From an uncultured Candidatus Rokubacteria bacterium (lineage in GTDB: Bacteria > Methylomirabilota > Methylomirabilia > Rokubacteriales > DASRDR01), in contig CAWGVS010000006.1 in the NCBI GenBank assembly GCA_963826115.1, positions 576,001 through 640,000 on the forward strand: DNA of 64,000 nucleotides. Reading direction: 5' to 3'. Below, one piece after another: positions 29,362 to 38,959 of the stretch. A model generated the notes under the pieces. It saw only the letters and a list, made by a program, of their open reading frames with translations. It was not told where the DNA came from and made no database searches. The position numbers and the translations under genes were made by a program. Numbering within the stretch: the first letter of the stretch is position 1; every line of letters begins with the position of its first letter.

Positions 29362-30273
29362 ATGCGGTTCGGCTGCATGCTGCCCACCCTCGGCCCGCTG
29401 AGCGGGCCCGACGCGATCGTCCGCGCGGCCCAGCGCGCCGAGGCGCTCGACTATCACTCGGCGTGGGTCGCGGATCGCCTCCTGTATCCGCTCGCTCCGC
29501 GGACGCCGTACCCGGTCACGTCCGATGGCTCCTTGCCGGAGTACTTCAAGCGCTGCCTCGATCCGGTCGAGGCCCTGACCTTCGCGGCGGCGCACACGCG
29601 GCGGATCACGCTCGGGACGAGCATCCTCAACATGCCCTTCTACCATCCCGTCGTGCTCGCGCGGCGGCTCGCCACGCTCGACGTCCTGTGCGGCGGCCGC
29701 CTCCGTGTCGGGCTCGGCCAGGCCTGGTCGGCCGACGAGCTCGAGGCGGTGAACGCCGACACGAAGGTCCGCGGCTCGCGGGGGGACGAGTTCATCGCCG
29801 TCCTGAAGGCCATGTGGGGTCCCGACCCCGTCGAGTTCCAGGGCCGGCACTTCCGGGTCGCGCGCTCGATCGTGGGCCTGAAGCCGGTCCGGCTGCCGCG
29901 CCCGCCGCTCTACCTCGCCGCCTACGCGCCGGCGGCGCTCCGTCGCGCGGCGACCGTCTCGGACGGCTGGCTGGTCTCGACCCTCCCGCTCGCCTACCTC
30001 GGCCAGATGCTGCCGCAGCTCCACGCGCTCGCCAAGGAGGCCGGGCGCAATCCCGCCCACCTCGAGGTCATCTACATGACGGCCGCGGAGGTCACGGCGG
30101 CGCCCCTCGACGAGGGCCAGCGCGCGGTCCTCTGCGGGAGCGCCGCGCAGGTTCGCGCCGACGTCGGGCGGCTCCGAGACGCCGGCGTCACCGAGGTGAT
30201 CGGCTGGAGCGGCGGCGAGACGGTCGACGCGATGCTGACGAGCCTCGAGCGCTTCCGCGAGGCCGCGGGATGA
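29362..30273 (+). CDS. LLM-class, probably F420-dependent oxidoreductase
   Basis: AQRAEALDYHSAWVADR, LDPVEAL, LATLDVLCGGR; SD AAGGAGG. Confidence 0.88.
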   Translation: MRFGCMLPTLGPLSGPDAIVRAAQRAEALDYHSAWVADRLLYPLAPRTPYPVTSDGSLPEYFKRCLDPVEALTFAAAHTRRITLGTSILNMPFYHPVVLARRLATLDVLCGGRLRVGLGQAWSADELEAVNADTKVRGSRGDEFIAVLKAMWGPDPVEFQGRHFRVARSIVGLKPVRLPRPPLYLAAYAPAALRRAATVSDGWLVSTLPLAYLGQMLPQLHALAKEAGRNPAHLEVIYMTAAEVTAAPLDEGQRAVLCGSAAQVRADVGRLRDAGVTEVIGWSGGETVDAMLTSLERFREAAG

Positions 30274-31262
30274 CCGCGAAGATCCGCTTCGGCGTCTTCA
30301 CCGGCGTCGCGCAGACCCCCTGGCGCGATCTCCTCGAGGTCTGGGAGCGCATCGACGAGATGGGCTTCGACACCGGCTGGGTGCCGGACCACTTCTACGC
30401 GGGTTACGGCGACCCGGCGGGGCCGTGCTTCGAGGCGGGCACCGTGCTGGCCGCGGTGGCGGCGCGCACGCGCCGGATCGGCGTCGGGCCGCTCGTCCTC
30501 AGCAACACGTTCCGCCACCCGGCGGTCCTGGCCAACATGGCGGCGAGCCTCGACCACGTCTCCGAGGGGCGCTTCACGCTGGGGCTCGGCGCGGGCTGGC
30601 TCCAGTCGGAGCACGACGGCTACGCGCTCCCGTACGGCACCACGAAGGACCGCATCGAGCGCCTGGACGAGGCGCTCACCGTCATCCGCCTCCTCCACAC
30701 CGAGCGCCGCGCGACGTTCAACGGGCGGTTCTACCGGCTCGACGACGCGCTGTGCGAGCCCAAGCCCTACGGCGGCCGGCGGCTGCCGGTCCTCGTCGGC
30801 GGGGGCGGGGAGCGCCTCACGCTCCGGGTCGTCGCGAAGCACGCGGACGAGTGGAACGGCGAGGTCGGGCCGAGCGGGTTCGCGCGGAAGCTCGACGTGC
30901 TCCGCGAGCACTGCCGCGCGGTCGGCCGCAACCCGGCCGACATCCGCGTCTCCGTGGTCCTCCGGAGCGAGGCCCAGGCCGAGGCGATGTGGGAAGGGAT
31001 GATCCGCATGAACAACCCGAACCTCCTGGCGGAGCGCCGCCGCCTCGAGGCCGAGGGCGTCTCCGCCGCGGACCTCGAGGCGCGGCTCAAGGCCTGGGTC
31101 TGGGAGTCGCTCCTGCCCGTGGACGAGAGCCGGGCGATCGACCGGCTCCAGGACTTCGTCGCGGTCGGCGTCACGCACTTCATCGTGGCGGCCCGCCCGC
31201 CCTACGATCTCGCGGGGCTCGAGCGCTTCCTCTCGCGCGTGGCCGCCCGCGTGCGCAGCTAG
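30270..31262 (+). CDS. LLM-class, probably F420-dependent oxidoreductase
   Basis: WVPDHF, NTFRHPAVLA, LGLGAGW, GGGGERLTL; ATGA overlap. Confidence 0.9.
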   Translation: MTAKIRFGVFTGVAQTPWRDLLEVWERIDEMGFDTGWVPDHFYAGYGDPAGPCFEAGTVLAAVAARTRRIGVGPLVLSNTFRHPAVLANMAASLDHVSEGRFTLGLGAGWLQSEHDGYALPYGTTKDRIERLDEALTVIRLLHTERRATFNGRFYRLDDALCEPKPYGGRRLPVLVGGGGERLTLRVVAKHADEWNGEVGPSGFARKLDVLREHCRAVGRNPADIRVSVVLRSEAQAEAMWEGMIRMNNPNLLAERRRLEAEGVSAADLEARLKAWVWESLLPVDESRAIDRLQDFVAVGVTHFIVAARPPYDLAGLERFLSRVAARVRS

Positions 31263-31280
31263 CCGGGAGGCCAGCGCCCG

Positions 31281-32687
31281 TCAGGGCGCGACCGCGGCGT
31301 CCCGTCCGAAGGCGGTCTGCGCCGCGGCCGCCGTCGGGGCACGGCCGCTCGCGACCAGCGCGAGCGCGCGCAGCCCGAGCAGCGACTCGTCGACCGCGGT
31401 CGGTGGCGTGACGGCGTAGCCGGTCGCCGCCGCGAGGAGCCCGGGCAGCGCGGGCAGCCGGCGCGCGAGCCCGCCGCTCAGCGCGACGCGGCCGAGCGCC
31501 CGCCCGGGATCGAGGCGGGGCACCAGCGCGGCGTACTGGGCGACGAACGCCCGCAGCACGGACGCGAGGTAGTTCCGCACGGTGAGCGTCCCGTCCTCGA
31601 TGCGGCCGAGTCGACCGCCGTCCCGGTAGCCCCACGCGCCCTGGAAGACCGCGAGGTCGACGTCGAGACTGGCCGCGGCCACGTCGTCGGCGCCGAGGCC
31701 GGCGAGCTCCCCCCAGAAGTCCGGGGCCGGCGCGCCGCCCGCGCGCGCCGCGTCCTCGAGGAAGCCGAGGAACGTCGCGAGCGCCCGGCCTCCCGGGATG
31801 TGCGTGATCGCGTGGAGCATGCCGCCGTCGAAGTACGGCCGCCGCTCGACCGCGGGGTCGGCGGACGGGCGATCGAGGGCGGCGAGCTGGGAGCCCGTGC
31901 CGAGGTTCAGCGAGACGCAGTCGGGGGCGGTCACGCCCGCGCCCAGGAGCGTCGTCTGGTGGTCGCCGGCGCCGACGTGGAGCGGGATCGCGCGGCCGCG
32001 GTGGTGCCAGGTCCCGGCCACGGCGCTCGCCCCGGCGGCCGCCGCGGCGAGGCGGACCGTGCGGCCCGTCAGCTCGCGCACGAGCGCCAGGAGGTCGTCC
32101 GAGCCCCGTCCCGTCTCCACGTCGTAGAGCGCCATGCCGGCGAGCATCGTGGGGTGGCCGAGGCCCGTGGCCGCTCGGTCCACGCGCGCGAGCCAGTCGG
32201 GCAGGGACACCACGTGGAGCCCGTCGGGGAGCGGCGTCTCGCGCAGGAGGTGGACGAGGTTCATGAGGGGCAGACCCGGGCGGGGGCGCATGCCGGTGAT
32301 CGCCCGGAAGCGGTCGCCGAGGGCGCGCGTGACGAGCGTGACGCTGTCGACGCCGCCGATCGGCTCGCGCGAGCGCTCGTCCCGCCAGCCCACGTAGCCG
32401 GAGCGGGGCTGCCCCGCGTCGTCGACGAGCGCGAAGCCGTGCATCTCGCTGCACGTCACGATTCCGGCGAGCGGGGCGTCGGACTCGTCCGCGTAGCGCC
32501 GGCAGAGCTCGAGGAAGCGGTCGCGAATCGCCTCGAGCGGCACCTCGAAGCGCCCGGGCGGCCCCGGGCTCGGCGCGATCGCCGGGTGATGGCGCACCCG
32601 GGTGAGCGCGCCCGTCTCGACGTCGATGAGCGCGGACTTGGTGCTGGTCGTCCCGAAGTCGATGCCGAGATAGGGCGGGACGGTCAC
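31281..32687 (-). CDS. FGGY-family carbohydrate kinase (sedoheptulokinase-like)
   Basis: LGIDFGTTSTK, EMHG, GDHQ, NLGTGSQ, PYF, SGG. Confidence 0.85.
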   Translation of the reverse strand: MTVPPYLGIDFGTTSTKSALIDVETGALTRVRHHPAIAPSPGPPGRFEVPLEAIRDRFLELCRRYADESDAPLAGIVTCSEMHGFALVDDAGQPRSGYVGWRDERSREPIGGVDSVTLVTRALGDRFRAITGMRPRPGLPLMNLVHLLRETPLPDGLHVVSLPDWLARVDRAATGLGHPTMLAGMALYDVETGRGSDDLLALVRELTGRTVRLAAAAAGASAVAGTWHHRGRAIPLHVGAGDHQTTLLGAGVTAPDCVSLNLGTGSQLAALDRPSADPAVERRPYFDGGMLHAITHIPGGRALATFLGFLEDAARAGGAPAPDFWGELAGLGADDVAAASLDVDLAVFQGAWGYRDGGRLGRIEDGTLTVRNYLASVLRAFVAQYAALVPRLDPGRALGRVALSGGLARRLPALPGLLAAATGYAVTPPTAVDESLLGLRALALVASGRAPTAAAAQTAFGRDAAVAP

Positions 32688-33304
32688 GGCAGCTCGAGGA
32701 TCACCTGGTACGCCGACGGGTTGAGCGCGCGCATGGCGGGGTGGTCGGACGGGAAGTCGCGGTCGCCGATCACCTGGTCGACGAGGTCGCGCGGCGCGCC
32801 GTGCGGCGGCTCGAGCCGCACGATCAGGCGGCAGCGCGGCGAGGCGATCGCGTCGAGCCGGCCGCCCCGCCAGTCCACGACCGTCCCGCCGTAGTCCCAC
32901 GCGAAGCCGGCCAGCGCGAAGGGCCGCTCGTTCAGCCGCTCGAGCGTCCGGAGGTCGGTGCCGATCTCGATGTCCCGGTAGCCACGCCAGCGGCTCTCGC
33001 CGTCCACCATGAGCCAGATCTTGGACTGGAGCACGGCCCGATCCTTCCACACGACGCTGAGACGGCGCCGCGGGTCGTCGGGGAAGATCACCGTGCCCGG
33101 CCGCGTCTCGCCCTCGCCGATCTCGACGGCGCCGTCGCGGAGCTGGTTCGGGGCGAAGGCGCGGGCGAGGAGCGCCGGCGAGACCTGGCGGTCGAGCATC
33201 CGCCCGGGATCGCGAAGCGTGAGCGCGCACGGATCGGCCGGCGTCACCGCCAGTCCCGCCGGCGCGCCGGCCGCCACCACCGCGACGCCGAGCGCGACGG
33301 CCAC
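32684..33304 (-). CDS. Exported hypothetical protein
   Basis: Signal-like N-terminus; GFAWDYGG motif; GTGA overlap with the kinase; start uncertain. Confidence 0.7.
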   Translation of the reverse strand: MAVALGVAVVAAGAPAGLAVTPADPCALTLRDPGRMLDRQVSPALLARAFAPNQLRDGAVEIGEGETRPGTVIFPDDPRRRLSVVWKDRAVLQSKIWLMVDGESRWRGYRDIEIGTDLRTLERLNERPFALAGFAWDYGGTVVDWRGGRLDAIASPRCRLIVRLEPPHGAPRDLVDQVIGDRDFPSDHPAMRALNPSAYQVILELP

Positions 33305-33385
33305 CAGCCTCGCGCGGTGGCCCTCGCCGTCACCCGGGCGGGGCGGCCTCAGGCCGTTCCTCAGCGCGGCCGGGCCGTCGCGCGG

Positions 33386-34495
33386 CTACGGCACGATGGC
33401 GCCGCGGGTGACGTGGCCGTCCTCCTGCTGGCGGAAGGCCTCGTTGATCTCGGCGAGCGGGAACGTGTGGGACAGGATGCGGTCGTAGGGGTAGCGCTCG
33501 CGCGTGCGGATCATGAGGTCGAGCGCGCCCTTCAAGTGCTCCGCCTCGTAGTGGGCGACGCCGATGATGCGGCGGTTCCCGAAGAGGATCCACGAGGGGT
33601 CGAAGCGCGTCTCCCAGCCGACGTTGATGTTGCCGACCTCGAGGTACGCGCCCTCGGGCGCCGTCATCCGGAGCCCCTCGTCCACGACGTTGGGGTTGCC
33701 GACCAGCTCCATCACCACGTCGGCCCCCCACCGCTCGGTGAGCTCCAGCACGCGCTCGATCCGCGCCGCCGGCGTCGGGCACTCGCGCATGTCCACGATC
33801 TCGTCGGCGCCGAAGTCCTTGGCGAGCGCGAGCCGCTCCTCGACGCCGTCGATCACGATGATCCGGGACGCGCCCATCTCGCGGGCGACGGCGCAGGCGT
33901 AGACGCCGAGGCCGCCGGCGCCCTGGATCGCGACGGTGCGCCCGGCCTTGAAGCCCGCGATCTCGAGGGCCGCGTAGACCTGGGTGAGGGCGCAGTTGAT
34001 GCCGGCGGCCATCCCGTCGGTGATCTCGTCGGGGATCCGGAAGATCGCGTGGTTCGGGCCGAGGTAGAAGTACTCGCCGTAGCCGCCCTGGAAGTGCGGC
34101 CACACCTCGCACGACACCGACCAGTTCGACTGGCGCGTCGGGCAGGACTTGAAGGTCCGGCGGAGGCAGGCGCGGCAGCGACCGCAGGGCAGGAAGTAGC
34201 GGTAGATGACGCGATCGCCCTCGCGGAGGGGCTGGCCCGCCGAGTCGGTCGTCACGCCGGCGCCGAGCTTGTGGACCGTGCCCATGTGCTCGTGGCCGGT
34301 GTTGAGCGGGAGCTTCCGCCCCCGCTTCTCCATGTCCTGCTCGCCCTTCCAGTAGTGCATGTCGGACCCGCAGACGTTCGCGATCGCGACCTTGACGACC
34401 AGCGCGCCGGGCTTCGGCTCCGGCACCGGATACTCGCGGATCTCGAAGCCCTTGCCGAGGCCCATCCACGCCGCCAGCTTGCCCGTCTCAGCCAT
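33386..34495 (-). CDS. Zinc-binding alcohol dehydrogenase (MDR family)
   Basis: CGSDMH, GHE, CGRCRAC...C structural Zn site, GAGGLG. Confidence 0.93.
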   Translation of the reverse strand: MAETGKLAAWMGLGKGFEIREYPVPEPKPGALVVKVAIANVCGSDMHYWKGEQDMEKRGRKLPLNTGHEHMGTVHKLGAGVTTDSAGQPLREGDRVIYRYFLPCGRCRACLRRTFKSCPTRQSNWSVSCEVWPHFQGGYGEYFYLGPNHAIFRIPDEITDGMAAGINCALTQVYAALEIAGFKAGRTVAIQGAGGLGVYACAVAREMGASRIIVIDGVEERLALAKDFGADEIVDMRECPTPAARIERVLELTERWGADVVMELVGNPNVVDEGLRMTAPEGAYLEVGNINVGWETRFDPSWILFGNRRIIGVAHYEAEHLKGALDLMIRTRERYPYDRILSHTFPLAEINEAFRQQEDGHVTRGAIVP

Positions 34496-34701
34496 CGTGT
34501 CGCTCCTTGTCGCGGGGAAATGAGGTCGGGAACGCCGCCCAGTCTACATCGTCGCCGGACGGGCGGCATCCGGCCGGGTCTGCCCCCAGGACGCTCGACC
34601 GCTTGACGCCCGCCCCCGGCGACGCCAATGTGGGCCGTCTTGCCGGAGCCCCGTGCCGAGTACCGCGGGCGCCCGGACCATTCCGTGGAGGGAGCTCCAG
34701 C

Positions 34702-35823
34702 GTGCCACCGAGGCGGGTCGCGGTCGTCGGAGCCGGCTGGAGTGGCGTTGCCGCGGCTCGTCGGCTCCACGACCTCGGCGTGGCCGTCGAGGTCTTCGAG
34801 GCCGCGGACACGGCGGGCGGCCACTCCCGCGCGGAGCGCCTCCGCGGCGTGCTCTACGAGCCGAACGGCCCCCACGTGTTCCACACCTCGGACCCGCGCG
34901 TCGCGGACTTCGTCCACCGCTTCGGGCTCGTCCGGCCGTACGCGCACCGGCCGCTGACCCTGGTGCGGGTCGACGGCGAGCTCCGGCACTTCTCGTGGCC
35001 GCTCCAGCTGGAGGAGCTCCGGTCGCTGCCGGAATGGACCCGGATCCGGACTGAGCTCGCCACCCGGCCGGCCGTCCCCGCCACGAGCGACTTCGAGGCG
35101 TACTGCGTGTCGCTCCTGGGCGAGACGCTGTACCGGCTGTTCGTCTATCACTACACGGTCAAGCAGTGGGGCGTCGCGCCGCGGACCCTTGGGGCGGAGA
35201 TGGCCGTTCGCCGCATCCACCTCCGGGACGACGGGGACCGGCGTCTTCATCGGGAGACGTGGGAGTACTTCTCGCCGGAGGGCGTGAACCCGGTCGTCGA
35301 GGCGGCGCTCCGCGACATCCCGCTCCACCTGGGCGTGGAGGTGTCTCTCGCCGACCTCGGCGCCGCGCCGTTCCGGGCGTTCGACGCCGCCGTCGTGACG
35401 GCGCCGCTCGACGCGTTCTCGGGCGCGGCGACCGCGCTCCCGTGGCGCGGGATCCGGGTGGAGGCCCGGTACTGCGAGACCGAGACGCCGGACGCGACCG
35501 TGACCCGCGGCTACGCCGTGAACCGGCCCGATCCCGACGTGCCGTTCACGCGCACGGTGGAGACCAAGCACGCGAGCGGGCAGCGGATCCGGGGCACCGT
35601 CGTCTGCGAGGAGTACCCGGGGCACCCGGCGAAGCACTACCCGGTGCCCACGAAGGATCACGAGCACGAGCGGCGGAACCGCGCCCTCCAGGCCCTGATC
35701 CGCCGGGAGAGCCCGGTGCCCGTCGTCTTCTGCGGGCGGCTGGCGAACTACGTCTACATCAACCAGGACGAGGCGATCCTCCAGGGCCTGCGCGCGGCCG
35801 ACGAGCTGGCCGGTCTCGGCTGA
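34702..35823 (+). CDS. UDP-galactopyranose mutase-like flavoprotein
   Basis: VGAGWSG, GPHVFHT, YTVKQWG, FTRTVETKH, GRLANYVY; SD GGAGGGAG. Confidence 0.8.
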   Translation: MPPRRVAVVGAGWSGVAAARRLHDLGVAVEVFEAADTAGGHSRAERLRGVLYEPNGPHVFHTSDPRVADFVHRFGLVRPYAHRPLTLVRVDGELRHFSWPLQLEELRSLPEWTRIRTELATRPAVPATSDFEAYCVSLLGETLYRLFVYHYTVKQWGVAPRTLGAEMAVRRIHLRDDGDRRLHRETWEYFSPEGVNPVVEAALRDIPLHLGVEVSLADLGAAPFRAFDAAVVTAPLDAFSGAATALPWRGIRVEARYCETETPDATVTRGYAVNRPDPDVPFTRTVETKHASGQRIRGTVVCEEYPGHPAKHYPVPTKDHEHERRNRALQALIRRESPVPVVFCGRLANYVYINQDEAILQGLRAADELAGLG

Positions 35824-35938
35824 CCGGGCGGCGCCGCGCTCCGGCGCGGCGCCGTGGCGGCCGCGACGCCCGTGATACGCTAGCGCCGTTCCGTGCGGGT
35901 TGGCCGAGCCGGCCCGCGTCACCGACAGGGAGGCTCCG

Positions 35939-37009
35939 ATGCGCGTCGGCTACTTCACGATGCCCCTCCATCCCCCCGGCGCCGATCCCGGCCGCACGAT
36001 GGCCGACGACCTCGAGCAGCTCGTCTTCCTCGACGGGCTCGGCTACGAGGAGGCGTGGATCGGCGAGCACATCACGGCGGAGTGGGAGAACATCCCGTGC
36101 CCGGACCTCTTCATCGCCCAGGCGCTCGGGATGACGCGTCGGATGAAGCTCGGGACCGGCGTCTCGTGCCTCCCGAACCACAACCCGCTGATGCTGGCGC
36201 AGCGCATCGCGCAGCTCGACCAGATGGCGCGCGGCCGGTTCCTGTGGGGTGTCGGCTCGGGCGGGTTCCCGGGCGACCTCGAGCTGTTCGAGCTCGACTC
36301 GAAGGCCGGAGAGCACCGCGCGGTCACGCGCGCGATGCTGGACCTCGTCCTCGACCTCTGGAACGACCCGAAGCCCGGGGTCTACGAGGCGCCGCGCTGG
36401 CGGTTCCGCGTCCCGGAGCCGCAGGAGGACATCGCGCTCCGGCTCCACCTCCGGCCGTACCAGCGGCCCCACCCGCCGATCGCGGTCGCGGGGGTGACGG
36501 AGAAGTCGGACACGCTCGCGCTGGCCGGCGAGCGCGGCTACATCCCGATGAGCATCAACTTCGTGCCGCCGCGCGTCCTCAAGACCCACTGGGCCTCGAT
36601 CGAGGCCGGCGCGCGCCAGGGCGGGCGGGTGGCCGACCGCGGGACCTGGCGCATCGCCCGCGACGTCTTCATCGCCGACACGACGGCGGAGGCGCGCCGG
36701 CAGGCGCTCACCGGCAACATGGCTCGCGACTGGACCGGCTACTTCTTCCCGCTCCTCCGCAAGGGGCGGGGGCTCGACGTCATGAAGCAGGACCCCGCCA
36801 TGCCGGACAGCGCGCTCACGCTCGAGTACCTCGCCGACCACCTGTGGCTGGTCGGCGACCCCGACGAGGTCGTGCGGAAGATCCGCGCGCTCCGCGACGA
36901 GGTCGGCGACTTCGGCACGCTCCTCGTCATCGGCCACGAGTGGGAGCCGCGGGAGGCGTGGACGAAGTCCATGCGGCTCCTGGTCGACGACGTGCTCCCC
37001 CGGCTGTGA
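35939..37009 (+). CDS. LLM-class flavin-dependent oxidoreductase
   Basis: FTMPLHPP, EAWIGEH, LDQMARGR, PYQRPHPP; SD GGAGG. Confidence 0.92.
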   Translation: MRVGYFTMPLHPPGADPGRTMADDLEQLVFLDGLGYEEAWIGEHITAEWENIPCPDLFIAQALGMTRRMKLGTGVSCLPNHNPLMLAQRIAQLDQMARGRFLWGVGSGGFPGDLELFELDSKAGEHRAVTRAMLDLVLDLWNDPKPGVYEAPRWRFRVPEPQEDIALRLHLRPYQRPHPPIAVAGVTEKSDTLALAGERGYIPMSINFVPPRVLKTHWASIEAGARQGGRVADRGTWRIARDVFIADTTAEARRQALTGNMARDWTGYFFPLLRKGRGLDVMKQDPAMPDSALTLEYLADHLWLVGDPDEVVRKIRALRDEVGDFGTLLVIGHEWEPREAWTKSMRLLVDDVLPRL

Positions 37010-37038
37010 CCCTCGCCCGACAGGAGAACGCCCCGTGA
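37006..37038 (+). other. Bridge mini-ORF (M)TLARQENAP* linking the LLM stop to the DSD1 start
   Basis: GTG overlaps the LLM TGA; its TGA overlaps GTG 37035. Confidence 0.45.
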
Positions 37039-38147
37039 CCACGCGCGCGCCCGCCGTCGTCGGAACGCCCGTCGCCGAGATCGACACGCCCGCGCTCGTC
37101 GTCGACCTCGACGCCTACGAGCACAACCTGGACCTGATGGCCGCGTCGCTCGCCGGCAAGCCGGTCCGCCTCCGCGGCCACGCCAAGACCCACAAGTGCC
37201 CCGTCGTCGCGCTCCACCAGATCGCCCGGGGCGCCGTCGGGTCCTGCTGCCAGAAGGTGAGCGAGGCCGAGGCGATGGTCGCCGGCGGCGTGCGGAACGT
37301 CCTCGTCTCCAACGAGATCGTGGACCGCCGCAAGATCGACCGGCTCGTCGCCCTCGCCCGGCAGGCCGAGGTCTCGGTGTGCGTCGACGACCCCCGGAAC
37401 GTCGACGACCTCGACGCGGCCGCGCGCGCCGCCGGCGTGCGCCTGGCGGTCCTGGTCGAGATCGACGTCGGCAACCTCCGGTGCGGCGTCGCGCCCGGCG
37501 AGCCCGCGGTCGCGCTGGCCCGGCACGTGGCGGCGAAGCGCGGGCTCCGGTTCGCGGGGCTCCAGGCCTACTACGGCCGCGCGCAGCACATCAACGAGGA
37601 GGAGAAGCGCCGGGCGGCGATCGACACGTGCATCGCCGACGTGCGGCACACCGTCGACCTCCTCGCGCGGGAGGGGCTCGCCTGCGAGATGGTGTCGGGC
37701 GCCGGGACCGGCAGCTACCGCTGGGAGGCGGCGAGCGGCGTCTACAACGAGGTCCAGGCCGGCTCCTACTGCTTCATGGACGTGGAGTACGGGCTCGTCG
37801 AGGGCTTCCCGCGCGAGTTCCGGCAGTCGCTCTTCGTCCTGGCGGCCGTCATGAGCCGCCCGGCCCCCGAGCGCGCGGTGGTCGACGCCGGGCTGAAGGC
37901 GCTCTCCGTCGACAAGGGAATGCCGCGCGTCCACGGCCTCGCCGGCGTCGAGTTCCAGCGGGCGTCGGACGAGCACGGCGTGCTGCATGTCGGGCCCGGC
38001 GCCCAGGGCCTCAGCCTCGGCGACCGCGTGTGGCTGATCCCCGGCCACTGCGACCCGACCATCAACCTCTACGACTGGTACGTCGCGGTCCGCGACGGCC
38101 GGGTCGAGGCCCTCTGGCCGATCACCGCGCGCGGCGCGGTCCTGTGA
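37035..38147 (+). CDS. DSD1/D-threonine aldolase family PLP enzyme (3-hydroxy-D-aspartate aldolase-like)
   Basis: TPAL, HAKTHK, CCQK, GAGTG, SDEHG, PGHCDPT. Confidence 0.92.
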   Translation: MTTRAPAVVGTPVAEIDTPALVVDLDAYEHNLDLMAASLAGKPVRLRGHAKTHKCPVVALHQIARGAVGSCCQKVSEAEAMVAGGVRNVLVSNEIVDRRKIDRLVALARQAEVSVCVDDPRNVDDLDAAARAAGVRLAVLVEIDVGNLRCGVAPGEPAVALARHVAAKRGLRFAGLQAYYGRAQHINEEEKRRAAIDTCIADVRHTVDLLAREGLACEMVSGAGTGSYRWEAASGVYNEVQAGSYCFMDVEYGLVEGFPREFRQSLFVLAAVMSRPAPERAVVDAGLKALSVDKGMPRVHGLAGVEFQRASDEHGVLHVGPGAQGLSLGDRVWLIPGHCDPTINLYDWYVAVRDGRVEALWPITARGAVL

Positions 38148-38959
38148 CCGAGCCGCCCCGGCGCCGGCGCCCCGTCGCGGGGAGCACGGCGACGTGGCGC
38201 GAGGCGGGCGCCGGCCCCCCGCTCGTCCTGGTCCACGGCGCCGGCGGCTCCGCGGATCTCTGGGACCCGCAGCTCGACGGGCTGGCCGACGTCGCGCGCG
38301 TGGTCGCGCCGGACCTCCCGGGCCATGGGCGCGCGCCGGGGCAGGGGAAGCCCAGCATCGCCGCCTACGCCGTGTGGCTCGGCACCTTCCTCGGGACGCT
38401 CCGCGCGGGGCGCGCGGTCGTCGTCGGGCACTCGATGGGCGGCGCGGTCGCGCAGGCGCTCGCGCTCCGCTCGCCCGGACGCCTGGCCGGGCTGGTGCTG
38501 ATCGGCACCGGCGCCAAGCTCCGCGTGCTCCCGCGCCTCGTGGACCTCCTGCGCCAGCGCCCCCGTGAGGCCCAGAGCCTCATCCACGACCTCGTGTTCG
38601 CGGCCGCGACGCCGCGGGAATGCGGCCAGGCCGTCGATCGCGTCCTGCGCCAGGGCGCGCCGCTCGTGACGCTCGGCGACTACCTGGCGTGCGACCGGTT
38701 CGACGTCCGGGCCGAGCTCGAGCGCATCCGGCTTCCGACCCTCGTCGTCGCGGGCGCCGAGGACCGGCTCACGCCCCCGAAGTACGCGCGGTTCCTCGCC
38801 GACCAGATCCCGGGTGCGCGCCTGGTCGAGATTCCCGGCGCGGGACACTTCCCGCAGCTCGAGCAGCCCCGGGCGGTGAACGCCGCGATCCGCGAGTTCC
38901 TGGCGGGTGTTGGCGGCGGAGCGGCGGGCGGCCGGGAGCCGACGGCCGCGCCGTCATGA
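38144..38959 (+). CDS. Alpha/beta hydrolase
   Basis: VHGAGG, DLPGHG, GHSMGG, ED, AGH triad; GTGA overlap. Confidence 0.92.
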   Translation: MTEPPRRRRPVAGSTATWREAGAGPPLVLVHGAGGSADLWDPQLDGLADVARVVAPDLPGHGRAPGQGKPSIAAYAVWLGTFLGTLRAGRAVVVGHSMGGAVAQALALRSPGRLAGLVLIGTGAKLRVLPRLVDLLRQRPREAQSLIHDLVFAAATPRECGQAVDRVLRQGAPLVTLGDYLACDRFDVRAELERIRLPTLVVAGAEDRLTPPKYARFLADQIPGARLVEIPGAGHFPQLEQPRAVNAAIREFLAGVGGGAAGGREPTAAPS

